A stretch of 64,000 bases of DNA from Phoronis australis (Eukaryota; Animalia; Phoronida): the NCBI GenBank assembly GCA_002633005.1, contig NMRA01000156.1, positions 394,469 to 458,468 on the forward strand, in the 5' to 3' direction. The translations under genes and the position numbers were made by a program. Below, piece by piece: positions 54,420 to 64,000 of the stretch. Positions within the stretch are counted from its first letter, which is position 1, and each line of letters begins with the position of its first letter. The notes under the pieces are model-generated. The model had not been told where the DNA came from, searched no databases, and was given only the letters and a program-made list of their open reading frames with translations.

Positions 54420-54725
54420 TGACTTACTCGCTCGTCTGGCTTCTGTTTAGCCCTCTGGGGGTAGAATGTTTTCGCAAGTTCTTTTTCCCAGCCCTAAAAA
54501 CGTCGTAAGCACACCTCTGCAGTTTAGATGCGGTGTAAAATGAGGATGGTCTGTGAGACCATAGACTATGTCTATAATCTATGGTGAGACATATCTGCGC
54601 TTCTCCAAGAAGGCGTTTCACGTGCGGAATTTCGTGCCAGCAAATGCACGCGTCATTATCGTGCAGTAAGCGCACTGACACCATGACAAGTCATTCAAAC
54701 GGTTTTCGGAATTATCCATATGTTC
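54420..54725 (-). mobile_element. P2X7 C-terminal/Nanor-like Cys-rich relic (Kolobok accessory-protein type), outer copy
   Basis: RLNDLSWCQCAYCTIM / CICWHEIPHV..CLT; near-identical to 57740-58010. Confidence 0.7.
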
Positions 54726-56380
54726 CAGGGCAAGCGCAGATGATTATCTGCGACTGAGCTGAGGTTTCTCCCTCGGCATGAACAATACCTGAGTTGAAAG
54801 TTCCTGTCAACGCGAGAACTATTGAATGAATTATAGCGGCTAGTTCGTTCAATAGCGGATTTGCACCGCAAATGAACTACGCATTGCGCATGTGCGAGTT
54901 ACTTCCTGCGCGAAGGCTCATGGGATAGCTTGTGGTCAGGCATGTCGTGAGCAGGCTGGAAAGTGTGTGCATTTGGAGCGATTTGCCAACTAAATACCGT
55001 GTTTCATTTTTTTTTGCTTTATAATACCAAGCAAGTCCTCTCTCTCGTTTGTGAATACAGCGTAGCTGTAATCAGTGACCGTGTGACCGAGGGCACGACT
55101 GTCGTCATGTTCAGTACATTGGGGCTATCGGCGTTGATTTCGAAATGTCCGCCTCAGTCCGGTTTCAGAGAAGTTGAGAGTTCTCGGGTGGCTTAACATT
55201 TGTAGCTTTCGGTGTGGAGTGCTAGAGGTGATAATTTTAAGAGGGAACTCCGGTGGAATGTTGTTCTCATACGTCTTTTTTCCGCTAGAAAAATGTTCGC
55301 TGCACACACGATGGCCCCTAGGCAATTACATCGCCCTGGATGCCGCAGGCATACAGGGGCGATAACTAGTACATCCTCAAAGAGTTACTTATTTCAAAAT
55401 ACAGCAAATAAAACCAAATGAACCATACACATAGGAACTCGTAGTTATAAATAACACATACCACGATTCTGGATACAATTTAGTCAGCAAAACTTGAACT
55501 TGAAATCTGTCGCGGTTTGCTCGAGTTTCTCTTACCGGGTGCCATTTTGAGGATGTTACGTGAAATCACGCATGTTGACGAATAAAAAGTCTAAGGGACA
55601 CAAATCTTGCAAATTTCACCCGATAACTTCTCATGCTATTTTACAAGTGTCGCGAGCTAGCGTCACGCGCTTCGCTCAGTCTCGCGCTAACATTTGCCTA
55701 CTTGGAATTCTTCTCCAAATTCAACTTAATTCTCACAACTAAGCTTCATCAAAGATATGTATAGAAGCAGAGACCGTAGAGAGGGAGACGTTTCACCTAG
55801 CGAAATCCTATTGGACGGCCACTGGCGGCCATTGTTGTTCCATGGACCGTAGAGACGTCTAGCGGGTGTGTGTGGGAAAAAAGGAATATGGCTGATACTC
55901 GTGGTCAGCGGTCACANTTTAATTTAATGTTTAGATTACCGTTTGATGGCATGTATATTTTCAGCGCTAGCTTCATATTCAGTTATTAGAAGTGTTTAAG
56001 TTGATTTTTGGTTAAACCATTTTCATTCACAATGTTTATTACTATCGATTTGCTAATACAGAATTGGTTTTTGTATATGTCGCAGTAACTGGGTGATATG
56101 TAGCAATGAAACTGGTTTCGTTTTTGGGGAGAGGCTTTGCCGCTAGTGGTTTATTTAATTTGTTCATTCACACTGTTGTTTATTTGATAGACAATAAAAA
56201 TGCGATGAATGCTTACTCATGCACTTTGTAGTAAATGAATGATATGCAGAGATGTTACTCGAAATTGTTGGTTTTTCCTAATTCTTGTTAGATTTTATCA
56301 TCACTTAATGTGAAAACGTTTAGTACATTTATTATAGTATTTTGAATTCTTTTGACAGTTTTTGATATTCTGTGTACATT

Positions 56381-57215
56381 CACTAAATAACGGGTAAGCG
56401 AGGTTGCCAGACACTTACAAAAATGTATGTTGTGAATGATCACGCACTAAATAACGGGTAAGCGAGATTGCCATACACTTATGTTGTGAATGATCACGTT
56501 ATTTTGATTTGTTTTGGTAATTTCTATTACGGTATTCATTATAGAACGGGTAGGCGATGTGTAAGAAAGTATTCTGGTATGTATTTCAGCTATATCAAAT
56601 AAAAAATTGCCTTAACCAAAAACTCTTTTTGGGTTATACTTGGCGGGTTAATTATACTTGGCCTATCTGTTGACTTTAATTGCCATAACAAAAAACATTT
56701 CTTGGGTTATACTTAGCGGGTTAATTATACAAAACTCTTCCTGGGTTATACTTGGCGGGTTAGTTATACTTAGCCTATCTGTTGACTTTGGTTGTTTTTT
56801 CATCTTTGCAAAAACGTTTATTTATGAAAAATTTAAGTACACAAAGCACCAAGATTGCTCTACGATGAGGATAAGTTGGAGTAGATTCAAGTAAACTTCT
56901 GACAACAGATGGCAACACGATAGCCGTTAACGTTCGACAACATATATCAGCACAATTGCAATGCTATGCACAAACGTTTAGTTTAGATAAATATAAGAAT
57001 ACAAAAAATATTTGTGTCAATGCCGAATCAAGTCTTTGTTATGCTTTTTCATCTTTGCAAAAACGTTTATTTATGAAAAATTTAAGTACACAAGGCACCA
57101 AGATTGCTCTATGATGAGGATAAATTGGAGTAGATTCAAGTAAACTTCTGACAACAGATGGCAACACGATAGCCGTTAACGTTTGACAACATATCTCAGC
57201 ACAAATGCAATGCTA
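56381..57215 (+). repeat. Cluster of short tandem duplications
   Basis: cactaaataacgggtaagcgag x2; tgggttatactt(g/a)gcgggtt x3; ~170-bp unit at 56797-56965 and 57046-57214. Confidence 0.85.
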
Positions 57216-57739
57216 GTAATACTTCAGATGGCGCTACAATTGGTTGAATTAGTTGAATTAGTTGAATAGGCCATTTGAGGTGATGGTGGAAATAAGAGGG
57301 TGTAGTGTGGCAAACCACGCTCAACAGATGGCACCATCTTAACTATGTTGAAGGACGACAGAGGGCGTGGTGGTAATCGGGCAGGAGATAACTTGGGATT
57401 AGTTGGTACAACCAATTTCAACTAAACTACGTTGAAGGGCAACAGAGGGCATGGCGTTGGCAGGATAAGTTGAGATAGATTGGGATTAGTTGGATACAAC
57501 TAAAGATTCTGACATGTATGTACCGAACAGCTCATGCCAGGGCAGATAAAGAGAGTGAACCTTAAGTCGGATGCTGTGCCTAGTGTGTTTGCGTTCGGCA
57601 GGCAGGAGACAATTAGAAACGCGGATCAGTTGTTGATCAGTTTTTGATTATGGAGAATCGTAGTTGGCCATGAAAACACAAACAATTGCAATTAATTCAA
57701 GGCATGACAACATAACGCTTTATATAACCTGTCTGATGA

Positions 57740-58160
57740 CTTACTCGCTCGTCTGCCTTCTGTTTAGCCCTCTGGGGGTAGAATGTTTTCGCAAGTTCTT
57801 TTTCCCAGCCCTAAAAACGTCGTAAGCACACCTCTGCAGCTTAGATGCGGTGTAAAATGAGGATGGTCCGTGAGACATATCTGCGCTTCTCCAAGAAGGC
57901 GTTTCACGTGCGGAATTTCGTGCCAGCAAATGCAAGCGTCATTATCGTGCAGTAAGCGCACTGACACCATGACAAGTCATTCAAACGGTTTTCGGAATTA
58001 TCCATATGTTTCGTTGTCTGTGCACGTTCACGGTGCCTCTCTCGTGTTTTTTGATTAGTGCATTTCGATTTGAAATGATAGCATGTGAAACCTAACAATC
58101 GTCCTTCGAAGTCTTCGTCGGATGAGCGCTCGTCTAAGTCGGGATTGCGAGTTGCCATGT
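57740..58160 (-). mobile_element. P2X7 C-terminal/Nanor-like Cys-rich relic, inner and longer copy
   Basis: MATRNPDLDERSSDEDF..CYHF..RLNDLSWCQCAYCTIM(frameshift)CICWHEIPHV..CLTDHPHF; fits the WCxCxxC..CxCCxE..CxxxHxxF pattern. Confidence 0.75.
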
Positions 58161-61100
58161 TGACGTTTATTATTGTGTGTTCTGTTTCAAAATGAATTAG
58201 TCTCACCCAAACCAATGCATATATAAAACTGAAAAAATCTGTCTCATTAGATACAATTTGTAATGCCTTTGGAGTGTTCGTGAGTGCAAATGTTTTGAGA
58301 AGCCACCAATTAGGCCGTGTGAGCGCATGCTAATTCAGTTTTTGCCGACAGAAAGCTGTTGTAAAACAATAACTCGATTATATATGCTATGGTCAGATGT
58401 TAGGGAATCTTTACTGAGATATGCATATACATTATTCGAATAATTGTTACTCTACAACTTTCGCCCTGACGGTGTACGTGGAAGGGGAACCTGACTTCGC
58501 GGCACCCGACAAGTAAGTAGATTTGCAGTTTCGCGGCTAATTCACCATAATAATCACGTGCAAATTATTTCTTTGGCTCACTAGTATAGTCTTTTCGTGA
58601 CTGGAAGTTTAGTTTCCAACTTTGGCTGGTTTATGTTCGTGATGTCTTCAGTCCGGCCACGACGGGCCTGATCGGGTTCCGAGTCACTGGCCGGGATAGC
58701 AAGTGTTTTGTGTTTTTAGAACTGAAAAAATCGCAAGTCTAAAATTACAACACACAGCTGTGTTCTCCTGTCTGAATTTTACGGAAGAATAATTCGAATT
58801 TAGCACCCAACAGATCCCAAACACCCACCACCGACCTTGGTAAATTGGCCAACCGTACTTTGTAGGCTCAAGTACGTTCAAGTAGTTTACCTATAAATCC
58901 GTAACAACGAAATAAAACAACAGATTGTTTAAGAACTCGATGTATTTGAAAGTATTTTACGTCGAATTTGGATGATTTAGTGGTGTAAAATGATGAATTC
59001 AAGCGATAAGCTGACACCAGAAAACCTGTTGTGAACTGCTGAACAGACTGCGTTCGAACCCGTTACATTATTGGTTAATTTCCATACGTCCGTCTGCCGT
59101 CAGGTGTCTGGTAAAAGAACTGTACTTGCTGTGGAACTACTCGATCTAAATTAATACAAAATAGGTTGTTTTTGCCTGGCATTCTCCTTTAAATTGCCGA
59201 CTATATGCATTGCCGTTGCAGCAAATTTCATTCTGGACGTCAGCTTTAGCTATGAACTATTAGTAAATTTGCATACGAGGCGCTTAGAATTGCGCCTGCG
59301 GCGGCCTTAAATTTGAGTAGCAAGTGTTTTCATTTCAACCGTTTTCTATGGCTTTTAAAGCTCAACGTAGAGGGAGAGCCAGTGTGCGCCTCTGTTGTGA
59401 ATGAACTTTGCTCATACCTCATGCTGTGTCAAGTCTGTGGCAAAATGAACTGTGGGTATTTTGTCTCGCGAGGTGGTGGAGCGAAAGTCTCAGTTGTTAC
59501 GTTTCTTTTACCTGATGAGCGTAACTATGCGGGCGTTCATTTTCGGTAGCCAACGAAAATCAATTATTGCGTCAAATGACAACAACTCTCGCCTCCTTGA
59601 AACTGTGTGTGTGTATGTTCACCAGTTTAGGGCAAGCGCAGATGATTATCTGCGACTGAGCTGAGGTTTCTCCCTCGGCATGAACAATACCTGAGTTGAA
59701 AGTTCCTGTCAACGCGAGAACTATTGAATGAATTATAGCGGCTAGTTCGTTCAATTGTCTGTTTTTCACACCTTGGCGAGAGCTGCCTGCTCACTCACCT
59801 CAACTCGGGGAAAGTGTCACCAGTAATTACGCTTATGATTACAACCGAGGCTTCACTCGTGTTTTGCGTTTGTAATCGTTGCATTGAAATTGATTTGCAG
59901 GTCACGTGAGCTCTGGTAATTTTACGCTCGTATTTTGGCTCGTAATTTTAGGGTAGTAAATTTTCACTCGTAATTTTAGCAAAGTGCCGTTAGACTCTAG
60001 TTAAGTACCAGTCCACGAGGCCACACGCCATTCAACTAATGCTTACTTGATTTTGTTTTGTCACTGGTCCACATGGTTTGCTATTCAAATGTCTTGAATA
60101 AAGAATGAGTGATTTACCACTTTACCTCCAGCATTTAAAAATTCTACTACATTAGCCCCGAAAACCGTTTTGAATACTGATGTTTTTGCAATGCCATCAT
60201 CTGCACGCACTGCTAAGAGTAAGGGAACTTGGGCTAAANGATATTAACACCTGGAATATTGGGGGAAGAAAGCTATCTCTGCCCCCAACCTTTCAATTGG
60301 TTGAGGGGCAGCCCCCACTCCTATCTCTTCTTCAGCAGATCCATTTGATGTTTATTACATTCCTGACCCCCCTGGACAAAATCCTACAGGTTCGGTACCT
60401 GCACATTCTCCAATAACCTACTTTCATCAGCTCAGCTCTTATTACTGAGTCTCCCTCTTGCTTATGATTTATTTCTCGTAATTTATATTACCTTTGCTTC
60501 CCAAATTTTTTCTTGGTTTTCTCTATATTTTGCCTATGTGTATTTCTCCATTACAGTGCTCGTGTTTTTTGTTTTCAATATTTTAAACAAAGACACTTCA
60601 CTGACAATTTTGAATTTGGCAAACTAAGATCGGCATAGTGAATGCCTTGCGTACTTCGTTGGCCCACACACACCCGCTAGGTGTCGCCACGGTCCATGAC
60701 ACAAAAATGGCGGCGGCCTTGGTGAATAGTCTTGTTAGCGTCTTCGATAGAAGTAGAAAAGACCAATGATGAAAGTAAGCGTGTTTTTACAAAAATGATG
60801 GTTTTAAGTGTAGAATGTATTTTTGACTGAGAACTCGAAATCGGTAACCCAAATCAGGTCACGGCCCGTTTAAAATACACTGAAGTAGCGAAATGAGTAC
60901 AGAAAGCGAATGGAAGTATTGTAGCCCCTATATGGCCAACCGAGGGGCAACGTGTTGCCTAGATGCCCCGCGTTGGTTTGAATGCGCTAAATCTCCCCTT
61001 ACTCCCAGCTCTCCCAATGTTCTTTACCCATTCTTCACGAAGTTCTTGGTTTTCAGGGAACTCATAAAAACTCGTATTTTTATCTCTCTTGTTGTTTTTG

Positions 61101-61344
61101 AAGCAGCCAGAAACGCAACAAGTGTAACCGCTGTAAGTTTTCTTCGCGCTTATACCGCGTATTATGCTTGTTACTATGGCCGCTTTCGGAATCCTGACCA
61201 CAGCACCCACAATGCACCATTTTAACCTCATTTCAAAATGGCGTCGCTGCAAATCCGCTAATGTCTGTTTTTCACACCTTGGCGAGAGCTGCCTGCTCAC
61301 TCAGCTATGGCTCAGACACCTCAACTCGGGGGAAAGTGTCACCC

Positions 61345-62135
61345 GTAATTACGCTTATGATTACAACCGAGGCTTCACTCGTGTTTTGCGTTTGTAATCG
61401 TTGCATTGAAATTGATTTGCAGGTCACGTGAGCTCTGGTAATTTTACGCTCGTATATTGGTTCGTAATTTTACGGTAGTAATTTTCACTCGTAATTTTAG
61501 CAAAGTGCCGTTAGACTATAGTTAAGTACCAGTCCACGAGGCCACACGCCATTCAACTAATGCTTACTTGATATTGTTTTGTCACTGGTCCACATGGTTT
61601 GTTATTCAAATGTCTTGAATAAAGAATGAGTGATTTACCACTTTTCATCCAGCATTTAAAAATTCTACTACATTTGCCCCGAAAAGCGTTTTGAATACTG
61701 ATGTTTTTACAATGCCATTTATCATCTGCACGCACTGCTAAGAGTAAGGGAACTTGGGCTAAATATTTCAAAACACATGGTAGTTTCAAAAATTAAAATA
61801 AAACCATTGTCAGAAAACCTGTTAGCTATACATTTTGGCACCTCAACACGTACTAAAACGGGGCAGCAAGTGAAAATTATCAATCTTCAATATTTTCCAA
61901 TCTTTTGCACTTGTACATTTTACACCTGAGATTGTACCTTCAGAGCACAAGCGCAAAATACGAGCGTAAAATACGAGCGTACAGCTGATGAACTTACGTG
62001 ACTTACAAACCAATTTCTCATTGGATATAACAATTACGGTCGTAAAACGCGAGCGAAGTCCCAGTGCCAGTATAAATATGGGAGAACGATTAGGATTGTA
62101 AAACACGAGCCAAGTCTCGGTCGTAATTACGAGCC
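61345..62135. mobile_element. Element with long imperfect inverted repeats; partial copy at 59823-60238
   Basis: gattacaaccgaggcttcactcgtgtttt vs aaaacacgagccaagtctcggtcgtaattac; tttacgctcgtat vs atacgagcgtaaa. Confidence 0.55.
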
Positions 62136-62190
62136 CACGATAGACATCCCGCATCAAACTATGAGCTGACAAAGTTGACATAAACAGCTG

Positions 62191-62341
62191 GCGTGCGTTC
62201 AGTAGACGCTAGGACCTACGCTAGGACCTAGCTAAAACCTAGTCAAAGTCACGTGTTCTTATTTAAAATACACGGCAATATCTCACGTAATCTCGCGAAG
62301 TCTTGCTTTTTAGCGAGGTCCTAGCGTTACTGAATGGGAGG
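62191..62341 (+). mobile_element. ~150-bp MITE, copy 3
   Basis: Near-identical to copy 1; flanks ctg/ccg. Confidence 0.85.
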
Positions 62342-62415
62342 CCGAGCTCGCAGCTTTGTATCTGCGCTGGCATTTACTTCGCAAGTTAACAATAGTACAG
62401 TATTCACTTCATCTG

Positions 62416-62566
62416 TCTCCCGTTCAGTAACGCTAGGACCTCGCTAAAAAGCAAGACTTCGCTAGTTTACGTGAGACATTGCCGTGTATTTTAAATGAGA
62501 ACACGTGACCTTGACTAGACTTTGGCTAGGTCCTAGCGTAGGTCCTAACGTCTACTGAACGCACGC
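62416..62566 (-). mobile_element. ~150-bp MITE, copy 4
   Basis: Reverse complement of copy 3; flanks ctg/ccg. Confidence 0.85.
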
Positions 62567-63107
62567 CCGATCAAATTATCTCTACATGTAACCCGATGCA
62601 GTATGTTCAGACGACTTGAAAAGCATACTATCATAATATGGGGCATCAAAAGCAACGTCATGTGTCTATTTTTTTTTGCTCAGTTTTCCTTTCTCGTAAA
62701 TCGTTTCTTGTAGAACTATTTCGATTTCTACGCGTTCCTCAACACTTCTAGGTGATCCAGCTCGTGGCCATGGGCGAGATGGTTTTGCTGCCCGGTACCT
62801 ACGGTAACCTGGTACGTCAATGCACAATAATACATAACGTCAAAATAGCCATGAGGAATTCATCGAGGCTTCAGTGCCCGGCAGCATGAAGCAGTTGTAA
62901 TGGGGGCTCAGTTATGTTCCCTGAAATTGGAGCGCATTTAAAGACCCTACATAACCGCCAAATGACTTTTGAACATGTTAAATATCTGTATCATTGATCG
63001 AAAAAAACATATCATCCCTCCCTTTACTCCTGGCATTAGCTAATTACGCCAATTACTATCGTACGACCCCATCATGAACCCCATTTAGCGCCGAAAAAAA
63101 ACTTTAG

Positions 63108-63560
63108 GTGGCGCTCGTTCTAATCGACGCAAATGACGTCATCGTTGATACCCAATACCTATCGAACAGTCCGTTGCCACAGGAAGCTTACCTTACGGTG
63201 TCTGGTGCATATTTCAAGTCACAGATTTTCAAAATTACAACTGTTAAGAGACAACCAAGCTCAAATACTATACGACACTTATCTCGACACTTCCACGTGC
63301 ATGTAATATCCTACAACTCACTGTCCCTTGATAGTTTAGCGTCGCCAAAGACAGCGCGTTCTCGGTGGGGACCACTTACTCAGTCTAACATCAAATACTT
63401 ATTCACAAAGACGTCCGGGTTTAACGAACAGATTTAACAAACAGGGTCCCTGCGTGCATTGGGGGACAGGTTTGCAATGAATGGAGATTTGTCGGACCCA
63501 CGGCGACATCCTGGCGGAATGCGTGTACCGGAGAATTAAATTTGTTTGTAGTCGCTCCGT
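63108..63560 (+). pseudogene. Possible degraded exon, perhaps related to the secreted-protein gene
   Basis: Acceptor actttag ends 63107; 109 open codons starting VALVLIDA; weak motif echoes downstream. Confidence 0.25.
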
Positions 63561-64000
63561 GATAATTACGGGATTATGTCGGGGAGTAAGTCGGCGTTAC
63601 ACATCTTAACGAAGCGAAAAGCTCACTCGCAGCACGATGAAAAAGAATGACCCGAGACTTTTCGCACTTGGGTTAGAAAAGTAAAGGCCTAATACCTTGC
63701 AATGGACGGACGTTCAATGAAAAGTACTGCGAAATGGAAGATTAAGAAAATGTAGGAACAACGTTTGGATGGATTAGCGCCGTGTATGTTCAAGCCAGAG
63801 GAATACGAGTAAAGTGAAACAGAAGGGGAAACTTACCGGCCAATTGTCACGGAACTCGCTACGGACCGTCATTTGAAGACAAAGGCATTTTACACAAGGC
63901 ATACGAAACTTAACCCGTAACCGACGCAGCTATCTGCACGCCGATTAGTGAGACCTGCAGGAAAATCTAAGTGCGATTGAGGTGGAAACAAAATATTGAG

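Larger units (their letters stand above)
55319..60961. mobile_element. 5.6-kb insertion with TAGGCAA...TTGCCTA ends and ~9-bp TSD (Academ- or MULE-like)
   Basis: gatggcccc (55310-55318) and gatg-cccc (60962-60969); removal restores THAP FKPTRGHRVC; internal inverted repeat 55820-55876 vs 60663-60718. Confidence 0.75.
54854..61259 (-). mobile_element. Non-autonomous ISL2EU/Harbinger-related THAP element (~0.75 kb without its nested insert)
   Basis: 12-bp TIR agcggatttgca / tgcaaatccgct; target AT (right copy AA) against the empty site ttcaATtgtctg near 59750; split THAP YTCCVSGCFKNNKRD..FYEFP..W..FKPTRG | HRVCSEHF..KKTYENNIP. Confidence 0.8.

Noticed and set aside
56381-56790. CRISPR-like repeat/spacer appearance
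   Set aside because: Irregular tandem duplications without unique constant-length spacers, no cas genes, eukaryotic context

Overview
AT-rich, repeat-dense eukaryotic DNA, most likely from an invertebrate animal, with two large N gaps and several single-N joins. Host genes: (i) an intronless, ~1727-codon ABCA-subfamily (ABCA3-like) full transporter at 27487-32670, broken only by one in-frame TAG inside NBD2, plus a decayed partial copy at 48128-48661 that keeps TCG at that codon; (ii) a spliced gene for a secreted protein of no family I recognise (signal-peptide exon at 7752, 11.4-kb intron, exons at 19.2-20.4 kb), with a possible remote paralog at the window end. The rest is transposon-derived: two decayed LINEs (RTE-X/CR1-like and Tx1/L1-like), an Academ-type remnant, THAP and P2X7-C-terminal-like (Kolobok-type) relics, several MITE families with readable TSDs, a local segmental duplication (0.15-3.5 kb vs 39.4-48 kb), and a nested transposon stack at 53-62 kb whose innermost part is an empty-site copy of its own outer flanks. 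All alignments were done by eye, so repeat boundaries are approximate unless a TSD is quoted.
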